Virus record (IMG/VR): IMGVR_UViG_2061766007_000748
Source: an uncultured virus (IMG/VR IMGVR_UViG_2061766007_000748)
Lineage: Duplodnaviria; Heunggongvirae; Uroviricota; Caudoviricetes
DNA length: 64,000 nucleotides
Direction: 5' to 3' (one strand)
The notes beneath the pieces were generated by a model that saw nothing but the letters and a program-made list of their open reading frames with translations, made no database searches and was not told the origin of the DNA. Both the position numbers and the translations under genes were made by a program. Every line of letters starts with the position of its first letter. Position 1 is the stretch's first letter. Shown here piece after piece: positions 35,576-47,357 of the stretch.

Positions 35576-36263
35576 ATGAGTTTTANNNNNNNNNNNNNNN
35601 NNNNNNNNNNNNNNNNNNNNNNNNNNNNNNNNNNNNNNNNNNNNNNNNNNNNNNNNNNNNNNNNNNNNNNNNNNNNNNNNNNNNNATATCTTTGTGCTGT
35701 TTGAAGATTTTTATACAATTGGTAAAGATAAAGATATCGATTTTGAAGATGCGATAGATTATGCTATAGAGTGGGGCGACATTCACATTCGCTGCACATG
35801 CCCGGCACAGCTCTATTGGGGGTACAGTTATCTTGGTACACAATTAAAATACCTTTATGGTATTCCTCGTGAAAATCGTTTTCCTAAGATCCGCAATCCA
35901 AATCTTAAAGGTACTGTTTGTAAACATGATGACGCTGTAATACAATGGATTCTTAAACATAAAGACATTGTAGCTAAGTTATTTGCAACATATTATAATC
36001 GTCTTAATGATGGACAATCTATTTATGCTGTAAATACAAATGGTACAACAATAACAATTGGTAAGAAAAATGAAGAAGGGGATATCTTTTTTGAACGACA
36101 AGTTCCAGAAGAAATGGAGGAAGAAATGATGGATGAAAATGTTCCTGAAGAAACACAAGAAGAAAACAGTGAGTATGAGGGTGAAGGTTATGGAATTGTT
36201 GACCCTGATGAATTATGGGAAGATGAAGATAATGTAATTGATTTAGATGAGAGTGAAGAATAA
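35576..36263 (+). CDS. SWIM zinc-finger protein with acidic tail
   Basis: 'IRCTCPAQLYWG...RNPNLKGTVCKH' (CxC..CxH). Confidence 0.7.
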
Positions 36264-36737
36264 TGGCTATTCAAGATTTACTTGATTATGAAGAATATAT
36301 CTCATATATGGATAAACAGTTAGAGATCTGGGGCCAACCCTGTACCATATTCAGCCCAGAACGAAAAACAGCACTTGGTTATGAAGATACTACTTATAAT
36401 GAAATAGACAGAATGAACAGTGATAAAGTTCTCGGTAANNNNNNNNNNNNNNNNCCGTATTTGGATTAATTTTACTGTGAAAAAATCAACATATTATCAG
36501 CATAATTGGTTTCCAACTGATGGAGAAGAATTGTGCGAAGCCTTTATTAATTCAGACAGCACTGTAAAAGAAAATGATTATATAAGAACGGCTATTCCTG
36601 GTGCAACAAGTACCTGGGGCGATATGATATTTGAAGTACGAAAAATATTTGATGAAGGTTTGGCAAATGTTCTTAAACGAACTTATCTTCTTAAACCAAC
36701 CAATAACGCAGACTTACAAAAGGAGCTTAGTTTTTAA
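36263..36737 (+). CDS. Putative head-closure/neck protein (joined across gap)
   Basis: 'LEIWGQPCTIFSP' start and beta-rich body; neck-region context. Confidence 0.45.
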
Positions 36738-36738
36738 T

Positions 36739-36978
36739 ATGAAAAAACTTATCTTTAGTTTAATACTTTGTCTTACCGGAATATTTATTCTTACAAGTGG
36801 TTATGCCTATGCCCGTAGATGTGAGAAGTGTCAGGAACATATTGAAAAATATCATAACGGTGTTCGTGGAATTGCTCACAGAGACTTCGACCGTTATGTT
36901 GTAAGAAAAGACGGTAAAACCTATGCCTGGTATGTCTGTGAGTATGGTCACGAATATCTTGTAGATTTAGATGAATAG
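36739..36978 (+). CDS. Small signal-peptide-bearing Cys/His protein
   Basis: 'MKKLIFSLILCLTGIFILTSGYAYA-RRCEKC...VCEYGH'. Confidence 0.55.
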   Translation: MKKLIFSLILCLTGIFILTSGYAYARRCEKCQEHIEKYHNGVRGIAHRDFDRYVVRKDGKTYAWYVCEYGHEYLVDLDE

Positions 36979-37138
36979 ATAATTTCTCCAATAATTAAAT
37001 ATTTTATATGGAAGTTGTAGAAAAAGATTTATCAATTGAACAATCGAAATCAGCTGTTGTTTATACAGAGGACGATAATGATGTTGTAGATACTAGTCTG
37101 CAACTTATTGTAGAAGAATTTAATTATTTGGAGATAAT

Positions 37139-38250
37139 ATGATACAGTTACGAAACAATCCTATTGAAGGCAGTTCTGTAAAACTTGGTTTGTCTTTTAG
37201 AGATACTCTTGGTAAATACTATATACCGGAATCAGTAAGTTATACATTCCTTGCCTTGAACAATGATAAAGAATCATGGTCTGTCGTTGATGATATTTAT
37301 TGCACACCTTTGGAACCGGCTTCTGTAATTAGCTTAACAATTCCTAATCTGAAGATAATTGAAGGAACAACTTTGGAAAGAAAGGTTGTAATTAANNNNN
37401 NNNNNNNNNNNNNNNNNTGATGAGATTAATTTCACACTTCAACCTCAACCAACTATCAGCAATGAACCACCAGGACCTATAGTTCCTCAGGTTTATGTAA
37501 GGGTTAGGGATATCTCACTTCAGATAGGAAGTCTGGTTAGTGCTCCTGTAGCACCTGTCTTTATTGCGGCAATGAATATGCCTGTATTTGCAAATGAAGG
37601 ACATTATTCAGTTATAGACACTTTTGGTCAGACCGTAGAATGTGAAATTACAGTTGATTCAACCAATACTCTTATAACAATTACACCAATAGTAGAACTT
37701 CAATATCAGTCTCATTATACACTTAGAATAGAGGATCTCACTTCTATCAATGGCAATTACGCAATGAAACAACCTTTTGAAGTTGGATTTAATACTATAA
37801 GACAGTCAATGATTCTTCAACCGAATAAGGAAGTAACATTTACTCATAACGGCGTTGAAGAAGTTACAGCTGATGAAGGTTACTCTGGAATGGCTAAGGT
37901 TACAGTTACCGTTGATACTCAGGTAATGGAAACCAAAGAAGTATTGATTACTACAGATGGTCTTACAGTAGTTGAACCTGACGCAGGATATACGGCTATG
38001 AAGAAGGTTCTTGTAACAACCAATACGGAATTGAATGTAGCTTTGTATGCCTATAAAGATGTTGAAACTGAAACAATTTATTACTTTGATAAAATTGTTA
38101 CTCAGAGCGATTCATATAAGGTTATGGATGCAACCCCAGGAACAACATTCAATGGATTCGCTACTATTGAAGTTACCAAGTCATATGNNNNNNNNNNATA
38201 ATACAAATGTTACCGCTTTAAGGGAACAGGATTCTGATTTAAGGCGTTAA
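37139..38250 (+). CDS. Ig-like-domain virion decoration protein (joined across gaps)
   Basis: SbsA/Big_5-like 'TLITITPIVELQYQSHYTLRI..LTSING..FEVGFNT' plus two 'KEV..T.NG...V..D.GY..M.KV.V' repeats. Confidence 0.55.
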
Positions 38251-38296
38251 AAGACATTTATATATTTTTTATAAATCATAATGGAGGAGAACAGAT

Positions 38297-39454
38297 ATGT
38301 TTTTACTTAAAGGAGAATATTATCCAGAAAGCAGTATTATAAAGATTACTGTAGACAATAAAGAAAAGGTTATCACTTATTTCTTTGCTGGTAATAAAAC
38401 AGTTAAGGAAGTTGTAGCCGACACTGATTTTAACAATGTGATTAATGAACTTGAAACATCGTTTGTTAATATTAATGGTATTTTCTACGATGCCGAAAAG
38501 ATTCAGTCTTTCACAAAGAAAGATAATGTTATCAAATATGTTTTCGTAGGTAATATTATTATAAATGAAACATTTGATACGGAAGATGATGCTGATGAAA
38601 AGATTGCTAATAATTTTACTGATACTCACATTAATGTTAACGATGTTTATTATAATGCTAAGGTATTACAGATTGTTGAAACTAATGAAGTTGCTTTGAA
38701 AATCGTTTACCTGTTTGCCGGTAAAGAAAAGATTACAGCAACTTATGTTAATCAGGCAGCATTTGACAATGCAATAGAGGCTATTGAAAATTCAAATAAT
38801 GGTGGTGGTGAAGACAGTCACGCAACAGAAAAACCTGTATTCTCAGTAACACCGGGATATGTCGTTGGTGGTACTAAAGTTGGAATCAGTTCTGCTACAC
38901 AGGGTGCAACAATTTATTATACAGATGATGGAACCACTCCAACATTGGAATCTACAGAATATGAAAACGAATTAACAGTTGGTGAAGACGGTCTTACATT
39001 AAAGGCTATTGCTGTAAAACTTGGTCTTTCCACATCTAAAGTATCAACAGGAGTTTATATGGTAGACACATCAAAAGGAACATATTATAAAGGTTGGTTG
39101 CTTGGGGATGATGCTACAATTTCATCACTTGATGCAGACGACATTCTTGGACTTGCTGGACTTGAAACAGGTATCGTAACAAGTGCAAATTCACCTAACC
39201 CGAATGTTTATACAGCACCTGAAGGCATTACTCCTGACGGTGGACGTATTGTTTGGGCTTATCCTGCTATGTTTGGTAAACTTGATAAGTTCATTGATTC
39301 TCTTGGTGAACACGCTATTGAGAATTCTTATTCAAATCTTCAGGTTACTGTCAACGGAATTGAACTTGAAGTATATTTCCTCACAACCCCTATCACACCT
39401 GATGTTGGTGAAGAATATGCCGAAGTATTCGTAGCTGATACTGATTCTGAATAA
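38297..39454 (+). CDS. Virion protein with N-terminal repeats and an Fn3-associated (CHB_HEX_C-like) domain
   Basis: 'KPVFSVTPG..V.ISSATQGATIYYTDDGTTPT..STEY' and three ~55-aa N-terminal repeats. Confidence 0.65.
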   Translation: MFLLKGEYYPESSIIKITVDNKEKVITYFFAGNKTVKEVVADTDFNNVINELETSFVNINGIFYDAEKIQSFTKKDNVIKYVFVGNIIINETFDTEDDADEKIANNFTDTHINVNDVYYNAKVLQIVETNEVALKIVYLFAGKEKITATYVNQAAFDNAIEAIENSNNGGGEDSHATEKPVFSVTPGYVVGGTKVGISSATQGATIYYTDDGTTPTLESTEYENELTVGEDGLTLKAIAVKLGLSTSKVSTGVYMVDTSKGTYYKGWLLGDDATISSLDADDILGLAGLETGIVTSANSPNPNVYTAPEGITPDGGRIVWAYPAMFGKLDKFIDSLGEHAIENSYSNLQVTVNGIELEVYFLTTPITPDVGEEYAEVFVADTDSE

Positions 39455-39465
39455 GGATAAGTTAG

Positions 39466-39897
39466 ATGTCTGAAACTCTTGTTGATAACTTTGATTACAA
39501 AGGACCTAAACCGGATTTTAATCGACAAGAATATCCTACGTTTGAGGCTATGAGAAGAGTTTATGATTCTCGTATGCCTCAGATGTATCTGGCTTATTGT
39601 CTTGAAGATAAACAGGTTTACCTTTATGACAAGGATAATAGCTGGGATGATTTAATCGGTAAATTCAGACCTTTTCCTGGTAAGAATTTCAAAGGTATTC
39701 AGAAAGAAAGAATTCCTGCTGCTTCCTCTGAAGTTGTACATAGAATTTATCAGTATGTTGGAGAGACGGATGATCAGTTCAGGAAAGGTTTCTTTTATCT
39801 TTGTGCTATAGATTCAGGAACATATTATTGGCAGGAAATTGATACCTGTGAACCTGAACCGATTATTACATCAGATATAGACAGTTTGTTTGAGTAG
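39466..39897 (+). CDS. Putative structural/fibre-associated protein
   Basis: In the late operon; ends 'ITSDIDSLFE' like the adjacent gene. Confidence 0.45.
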   Translation: MSETLVDNFDYKGPKPDFNRQEYPTFEAMRRVYDSRMPQMYLAYCLEDKQVYLYDKDNSWDDLIGKFRPFPGKNFKGIQKERIPAASSEVVHRIYQYVGETDDQFRKGFFYLCAIDSGTYYWQEIDTCEPEPIITSDIDSLFE

Positions 39898-39903
39898 AAC
39901 AAT

Positions 39904-40590
39904 ATGAGCAATGTGATAGTTAGACGGTCTGAAAAAAGATTCAGGTTTCTTGATTGGGAAGGACTTAAAGAGTTCAAGCGTAAGTGTGATGAAGCTTATG
40001 CCAAGTCAGGTTCTTTATCATTCAAGGGTACTGTTCTTAATATTGCTTCTCTTCCAAATGTATCAACCTGTAATGTTGGTGATATGTATAATATCACGCA
40101 CGGTGGTAAAACAACATCAGATTTCGTGGAAGGTCCTGATAAGACACTTCAAGACGGTGAGAACGTCGTTGCTATTAATATATCTGCCCCACAATCTCCT
40201 GTGGTAATGAAATGGGATATTCTTGGTGGTGTTCTTGATGTAAGTGATAAACTTACATTTGGTTCCGTTATGCCAAGTAATCCAAGTGATAGTGATACAT
40301 TCTTATATCTTGGTGATACGACTTATATCTATAATGAAATTACAAATGTAGACCCTAGCGATAATCCTTCCGCTTTAGGTTGGTATGAATATGATGATTC
40401 TACACAACAATATATTTTATCGGAAGATACTTCTGTAGACCCCCAGAAAACCTATTACAATAAAACAGAACAGTATGTCAAAGGTGTTATTTATGTTTAT
40501 GATGATACCGAGCATTCCTGGATAGCACAAAGTTCCGGTGATACATTTGTTCCAATCACTACTTCTTACATCAACAGTTTATTCGACTAA
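39904..40590 (+). CDS. Putative fibre-associated structural protein
   Basis: 'FLDWEGL', 'FKGTV...LP....VGDMYNI...WDILGG' and 'LSEDTSVDPQKTYY' are fibre-type motifs. Confidence 0.55.
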   Translation: MSNVIVRRSEKRFRFLDWEGLKEFKRKCDEAYAKSGSLSFKGTVLNIASLPNVSTCNVGDMYNITHGGKTTSDFVEGPDKTLQDGENVVAINISAPQSPVVMKWDILGGVLDVSDKLTFGSVMPSNPSDSDTFLYLGDTTYIYNEITNVDPSDNPSALGWYEYDDSTQQYILSEDTSVDPQKTYYNKTEQYVKGVIYVYDDTEHSWIAQSSGDTFVPITTSYINSLFD

Positions 40591-40632
40591 AAATACCCGT
40601 CTGATTTTATATATTTTATAATAGGTGTATAT

Positions 40633-43600
40633 ATGTCAGAAAAATATTACCTTGATGAACAAGGTCTTACAGAAGTAGCTAATCACGTTAATTCACGACT
40701 CAAAACCGTTACCGTTATGCCACAGAATCCGGCAGATGGTATTGTAAGACTTTATGTTGGTGCTACTAACAATAATTTCACCAAAGGACATATCTATCAG
40801 TATAATACAAATGCCTGGACTGATATTACTGAAGTTGATCAGACATTTAATCCTAGCAGTACCAATGCTCAAAGTGGTATTGCCATTGGAACGGAACTTG
40901 ATAAGAAAGTAGATAAAGAAAGTGGTAAAGGATTATCTACTAATGATTTTACGGATGCTCTTAAAGATAAATTAGATGGTATAGAAACAGGTGCTCAGGT
41001 AAATACTGTTACAGGTGTAAAAGGTGACAGTGAAAGTTCTTATCGTACTGGCAACATTAATATCACTAAAGATAACATAGGACTCGGTAATGTAATAAAT
41101 ACAGGAGATAGTGCAACACCTGTAGAAAACGGTACGACAAAATTCACAACCGGTGGTGCTTATACTGAATTAAATAAAAAGGTAGATAAAGAAAATGGAA
41201 AAGGTTTGTCTACCAATGATTTTACGGATGCCTATAAAACAAAACTTGAAGGAATTGAAACGGGTGCTGAAGTAAACGTTCAGTCAGACTGGTCACAGAC
41301 AAATAATGCAAGTGATGATTTTATAAAAAACAAACCCGTTATTGATACGACGGTAACAGAAGACAGTTCTAACCTTATTACCTCAGGTGCTGTTTATACG
41401 GCTATAGCAAACGAAACATCTGCAAGGGAAGATTCTGAATCTGCTATACAAGATGAAATTGATGATATAGACGACAGGGTATCTGACATAGAAGACGTTA
41501 TTCCAAATCAGGCAAGTGTTTCAAACCAACTTGCAGATAAAGATTTTGTTAATTCTTCTATTGCTACAAATACAGCAAACTTTTTGGGAACGTTTGAATC
41601 TATCAGTGATTTAAGGGCATATTCAGGAACAGTTACAAACAACGACTATGCTTTTGTAAGAAATAGTGTTGTTGAGTATAATGGTGGAGATTTTCCAAAC
41701 GTTACCACATTAAATAATTATGATAAGAATTTACTCACTAACGGTGATTATGCTTGGGTGGTTAATTCAGAAGATAACACGAAGTTTGATTTATACAGAT
41801 TTGATATTATTGAACAATCCTGGATTTTAAGAGCAACAAAGGTTGCTAAATCATCTGAGATGTTAAACAGTGCTTTCAACAGATATAAAGCAACTGTTTC
41901 AGGCTCAACCATAACCTGGATTTATGAATATACATTAAACAATTCAAGTTTCACAGCAGAACAATGGGCTACAATAAATTCNNNNNNNNNNNNNNNNNNN
42001 NNNNNNNNNNNNNNNGATGCAGATTCCGTTGGTGGAAGTGGAAAATATATTTCTGCAATTAGTGAATCTGACGGTATAATTTCAGCTACGGAAGGAACTA
42101 TAGATTCAAGTCCAACTCAAGGCTCAAACAATCCTATTACAAGTGGAGCAGTTTACACAGGACTTGATGGTAAGGTTGATAAAAGCACTGCTGTAACGGG
42201 TGTAAAAGGTAATAGTGAATCTACATATAGAACAGGTAATGTAAATATCACTAAAGCAAATGTTGGTCTTGGAAGTGTAGTAGATACTGGAGATAGTGCT
42301 ACTCCGGTTGAGAATGGAACAACCAAGTTTACAACAGGTGGTGCTTATACTGAACTTGCAAAGAAACAGGATGTTCTTACTTTTGATACTGCTCCTACAA
42401 CAAGTTCAACTAACCCTGTTACTTCTGATGGTATTAAGACAGCAATAGATAATGCAGAAACTAATGCTAAGAATCTTGCAAACGCAACTGGAACACTTGC
42501 TATAGGTAAAGGTGGTACAGGAGCTGATAACGTTAATGGTGCTGTTACTAATTTGCTTGGAGGCATAGGTGTTGGAGATAGTAATGTAACAGATAATACT
42601 GATTTAATAACATCTCATGTTGATGGTTATTCTGTTTCAAACAATAAGTTCTATAAACGAAAAGTCACATACCTACTTCCGTATCTTAATAACCGAATTT
42701 CAGGTAGACCACACATTGTTTGTGGTACAGCGGCTTCTACAGTGGCAAAAACAGCTAGTCTGGCTGGTTTTGTATTAATGAAGGGTGCAGAATTAACAAT
42801 TGAATTCACTAATACAAATACAGCTTCTAATCCTACTCTTAGTATAAATGGTACTACCGCAACTCAAATAATGGGATTAAACGGAAATCCTGTAGGTAGT
42901 GGGAATCAGATAACATCAGGTAAAAACTATTATCTAACATACGATGGGGAATATTGGTTTTTAGATGAATCTTGTAATGTTCCTAATGCAAGATATGCCC
43001 CATATTCGGGTGAAGCTATATCATCAGAGTCTGCTGCAAACGCAAAATATTACGGTACTTGTAGCACATCAAGAGCCACAAACGCTAAGGTTGTTACTTG
43101 TGATGATTTTGTTCTTGTTACAGGTTGTAGAATCGTGGTTAATTTTACAGATACTGCTGGTAGTGCTCCGACTTCTGGTAATATCACTATGGATATAAAC
43201 AATACGGGTGCTAAAAATGTATACAATAAAAACGGTACTCAAATGACTTATGCTTACAGTGGAGAGTTTCGTGCTTCTCGAAGATGTGAGTTTATTTATG
43301 ACGGTACACAATATATCTGGCTTAACTATGACTCTAATACAACATATTCTACAATCACACAAGCAGAAATCACTGCAGGTACAAGTACGGGTTCAAGACT
43401 TGTCACTCCGAAATTACTTGTTGATAATTTTGTAAAGAAAGAAAGTGGTAAAGGATTATCTACAAATGATTTTACGGATACTCTTAAAACTAAATTAGAC
43501 GGTATACAAACTGGTGNNNNNNNNNNNNNNNNNNNNNNNNNNNNNNNNNNNNNNNNNNNNNNNNNNNNNNNNNNNNNNNNNNNNNNNNNNNNNNNNNNNN

Positions 43601-44040
43601 NNNNNNNNNNNNNNNNNNNNNNNNNNNTTGTATCAGGAACTATGGTTGCGGTTAAGTTCTCTAATACAAATTCTGCAAGCAGTGTTCAATTTACTCTTGA
43701 TGGTGGCACTACAAAATATTCACTTTATTATAACGCTAGTGCTTATACAGGTTCTAATTCTGCAATTACAGGTTATGCAAATCGAACAATCTACTATTTA
43801 TTTGACGGTACATATTTTGTGTATCAAAGTGATGGATTGATAAATGATGGTAATGATGATAATAAAGTGACCCAAACGGCAACTACAACTAGTGCAGAAT
43901 ACGAAGTTTTATTTAGTGCAACTGCTGATAATACAACCAGAACAGAAGGTGCTAGAAAAAATAGTAATTTGAAATTCAATCCTAGTACTGGTAATTTAAC
44001 CGTAACCACCGTAAATGGATTTGCATTTAGTATCGTTTGA
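40633..44040 (+). CDS. Long fibre protein 1
   Basis: 1135 aa; 'K(D/K)E.GKGLSTNDFTD..K.KL.GI.TG' x3, 'VTGVKG.SES.YRTGN.NITK.N.GLG' x2 and 'C.T....AK....F.L..G....F...NT....T....G......YDG.Y' modules. Confidence 0.8.
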   Translation: MSEKYYLDEQGLTEVANHVNSRLKTVTVMPQNPADGIVRLYVGATNNNFTKGHIYQYNTNAWTDITEVDQTFNPSSTNAQSGIAIGTELDKKVDKESGKGLSTNDFTDALKDKLDGIETGAQVNTVTGVKGDSESSYRTGNINITKDNIGLGNVINTGDSATPVENGTTKFTTGGAYTELNKKVDKENGKGLSTNDFTDAYKTKLEGIETGAEVNVQSDWSQTNNASDDFIKNKPVIDTTVTEDSSNLITSGAVYTAIANETSAREDSESAIQDEIDDIDDRVSDIEDVIPNQASVSNQLADKDFVNSSIATNTANFLGTFESISDLRAYSGTVTNNDYAFVRNSVVEYNGGDFPNVTTLNNYDKNLLTNGDYAWVVNSEDNTKFDLYRFDIIEQSWILRATKVAKSSEMLNSAFNRYKATVSGSTITWIYEYTLNNSSFTAEQWATINXXXXXXXXXXXXDADSVGGSGKYISAISESDGIISATEGTIDSSPTQGSNNPITSGAVYTGLDGKVDKSTAVTGVKGNSESTYRTGNVNITKANVGLGSVVDTGDSATPVENGTTKFTTGGAYTELAKKQDVLTFDTAPTTSSTNPVTSDGIKTAIDNAETNAKNLANATGTLAIGKGGTGADNVNGAVTNLLGGIGVGDSNVTDNTDLITSHVDGYSVSNNKFYKRKVTYLLPYLNNRISGRPHIVCGTAASTVAKTASLAGFVLMKGAELTIEFTNTNTASNPTLSINGTTATQIMGLNGNPVGSGNQITSGKNYYLTYDGEYWFLDESCNVPNARYAPYSGEAISSESAANAKYYGTCSTSRATNAKVVTCDDFVLVTGCRIVVNFTDTAGSAPTSGNITMDINNTGAKNVYNKNGTQMTYAYSGEFRASRRCEFIYDGTQYIWLNYDSNTTYSTITQAEITAGTSTGSRLVTPKLLVDNFVKKESGKGLSTNDFTDTLKTKLDGIQTGXXXXXXXXXXXXXXXXXXXXXXXXXXXXXXXXXXXXXXVSGTMVAVKFSNTNSASSVQFTLDGGTTKYSLYYNASAYTGSNSAITGYANRTIYYLFDGTYFVYQSDGLINDGNDDNKVTQTATTTSAEYEVLFSATADNTTRTEGARKNSNLKFNPSTGNLTVTTVNGFAFSIV

Positions 44041-44052
44041 TGAGGTATATTA

Positions 44053-45142
44053 ATGAGTTATTTGAAAGCAACAAAAAGTAGTACGAATCATCGTTTTTCT
44101 CTTGAACCTCAAAATGATACAACATCATCTTTATTTCGACCTATAAGAACTGTTGTTGTTTCTGCAGCAAATACTTTAAGTTTCGGAACAATAAATTATG
44201 TAAATGGAACAAAATATCATGTTATGGTAAAGTTTCGTACAAGGGGTGATGGTGATTCAACTTCTTCTAAATGTTCATCTGTTGGATTTATAGCAAACAA
44301 TTCTGCCTGGTCTAATACATGGAGTTACATACATACCTCGGCAACGGCTTATGCTGAAAGAGGACAAATTGTAGAATGGACTTATAACTTTACTGCAAAT
44401 GTTACAGAATCACGGAGTACGGGTTTATATTTTATTATANNNNNNNNNNNNNNNNNNNNNNNNNNNNNNNNNNNNNNNNNNNNNNNNNNNNNNNNNNNNN
44501 NNNNNNNNNNNATGTGGGATGATAATGGTCATGTGTATAGTGAAAACGGCAATCCAAACGAAAGTATAATAAAATATTGGTCTGATGGAACAACTTCTAT
44601 AACAACGGAAAAAACATTAATTAATGCGACAACATCGGAAAATTATTTATATAGTGGAGTTATAAATTATAATTATATAACAGTTGGTGAAAAATACAGA
44701 CTCACTTTTCAAGCAAAAAAAACTTCAAATTGTAAAAGCGTAGACGTATTTGTTTTATCTTCAGATTATTCCACCACAGGTTTTATAACATCATCTACAC
44801 CTTCTGTTACTACAGAATATTATCAATNNNNNNNNNNNNNNNNNNNNNNTACTGCCTACACTTAGAATTAGATTTGACAATAACGGTTCTTCTGATACAA
44901 CCGATAGTACATTATATATAAAAAACGTTACACTTAAAAAACTTGAACAATATCCTAGAAATTTTATGAAAACAACTAAAGATGGAACAGAATATTTTAC
45001 TCATGCTTTTAATACATCAAAAGATATACAAATATCAGAAGGTACAACATCTAACTATTTAGCACAAAGTATACATGAATACAAATGTTCAGAATTAACT
45101 TCGTTTACATATGATACGTTAGATAAAAAATTTGAATATTGA
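44053..45142 (+). CDS. Carbohydrate-binding-module-like fibre partner protein (joined across gaps)
   Basis: Two jelly-roll-like segments, 'GTKYHVMVKFR..EWTYNFTA' and 'GEKYRLTFQAK..IRFDNNG..STLYIKNVTLKK'; stop at 45142. Confidence 0.55.
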
Positions 45143-45154
45143 TGAGGAGATTAT

Positions 45155-47353
45155 ATGACCTATACGACAAATTATAATTTACATAAACCTGATACTACAG
45201 ATAATTTTAATATTAGTGATTTTAATGCCAATAGTGATATAATCGACAAACAATTTGGAATAACTTCGGCAAATATACCAAAAGTAACGTGTAGTACAGC
45301 TGCTTCTACTGTAGCTAAAACTGCAACAATAAATGGAACTTTTGTATTAAATCGTGGTGCTAGAGTGTTAGTTGTTTTATCTACCGCAAACACCGTGGCT
45401 TCCGCAACATTCAATCTTAATTCTACGGGGGCAAAATCAATATTGGTTAATGGTGCTTCCGTAACAGCAAGTAATTTGACTGCACAAACTTATTTGGCAG
45501 AATATGATGGTACTAATTGGAGATTTATAACAAGTATATATACAAGTGATTATGCTAGATATTCAAATAGTGCAGCTTCTGCCACAAGTGCGGGTAAACT
45601 CACCACCGCTAGAAAAACCTATGTGACATTAGGAACAGCAAGTACAACCACAACTAGAGATTGGAGTGGAGATACAACAATTCCTGTTAATGGAACATTA
45701 AATATTGTAAACGGTGGTACAGGGGCTACTACAGATAAAGCTGCTCAAAATAATCTACTTGGTTCTATGAATCAAGTTACAGACGATTTAACAGACAATA
45801 CACAATTTGTATTCAAGTATGTAACACCTTCCAACAACAATGGTGCTTTATATAATTGTACTGCACAATATCCTGTCAAATATTTTAATAATCGAATCTC
45901 AGGTAGACCTAATCTTACCTGTTCTACAGCTGGTGCGACTGCAGCTAAAACTGTAGATTTAGCGGGATTTGTACTTAGTAAAGGAGCTCAGTTANNNNNN
46001 NNNNNNNNNNNNTCCAACTCTTAATGTAAACTCTACAGGTGTTAAAGAAATTAGAATTAACAGAACCACTGTAAGTACTGATTCATCCAGTGGCAACTAT
46101 CTTAAAGCTTCAACAGCGTACTATGCTCATTATGATGGTTCTTATTGGCAGTTAGATACATATCAGGTTCCTCTAGCCAGATATGCGGCATCCACGGCTT
46201 CTGCAATCGACTGTTCTTATCCTGAAAGTAAGTTTGAAGCCTATTGTGATACGGCAGCGGCTACGGTTGCTAAAGTAGGACGATGTAGAGGATTCGCTAT
46301 TTATACCGGTTGTGTTCTATCTTTAAGAGTAACTGTTGCTAATACAGCTACTAGCCCAACATTGAATGTTCAATCCAGTGGTGCTAAAACAATATATATC
46401 AATGGTAGTGCTGTTACTAGCAGTAATCAACTCTCAGTAGGTTTATACATTGCTTATTATGATGGAACATACTGGCAGTTAATAAGAACAGTAACAGATA
46501 GCACAAAACGTCTTACGGTAGACGCTTTTCATAGTCCTGATGTTGCATTTAGTTATACACCAGCTGCTACTACNNNNNNNNNNNNTCATTTAAGTTAGTT
46601 GCTGGAACCAGGTTTAGATTTTATTTAATAAATTCAAATACGGTTGCCAATGCTACATTAAACGTGAATGGTACTGGTGCCTTATCTATGAGTCTTAATN
46701 NNNNNNNNNNNNNNNNNNNNNNNNGTTGGTATGATATAGTTTATAATGGAACTGGTTATTTACTGAACTCGGTGCTCCAACCAGATTGGACCCAGACAGA
46801 TAACACTAAAGCAGATTTCATTAAGAATAAAATACCTATTTGGATAACAAGCGGAACAGCCGTTGATTCTACAGCAACGATACTTTTGAATATGGTTTAT
46901 CCTGTAGGTTCTGTTTACATGAGTGTAAACAATGTATCTCCACAGTCATTCCTTGGTGGAACTTGGCAAGCAATTACAGATGGTAGATTTGTTCGTGCAA
47001 GTGGCAGTAATGCGGCTAGTGTACCAACAATAGCACAGATAAAGGCTGGAACGGGAATTCAGGCTGAAGGATTACCTAATATTACAGGTAGTATCGCTTC
47101 TTCAAACAGTACATATGGTATTGGTTCTAATAATGGATCAACAAATGTAGGAGCATTAAGTGGTTCAGGATTTAATAAAAAGACTTCTGCAGGTACATCA
47201 AGTAGTAGTAGCTATATGAACAAAATTGAGTTTGATGCTAGTTTGGGAAACTCAACTGTTCCTGATGGTGCATCTAGTGGTAAAATATATGGAAATTCAA
47301 ATCATGTTACACCAAAGAATATGTCAGTGTATATGTGGGTAAGGACGGCTTAA
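45155..47353 (+). CDS. Tail fibre protein 2 (one gene split by gaps into ORFs 45155, 45969 and 46664)
   Basis: N-terminal 'MTYTTNYNLHKPDTTD..FNANSDIID', about 4 'CSTAA..AK..TLNVNSTGAK..YDG.W' modules and a C-terminal tip 'YPVGSVYMS..GGTW..GLPNITGS..FDAS..VTPKNMSVYMWVRTA'. Confidence 0.8.
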
Positions 47354-47357
47354 TATT

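Noticed and set aside
45969..46664. Programmed frameshifts or pseudogenes in fibre, portal and sheath genes
   Set aside because: Every frame change falls at an N run of uncertain length.
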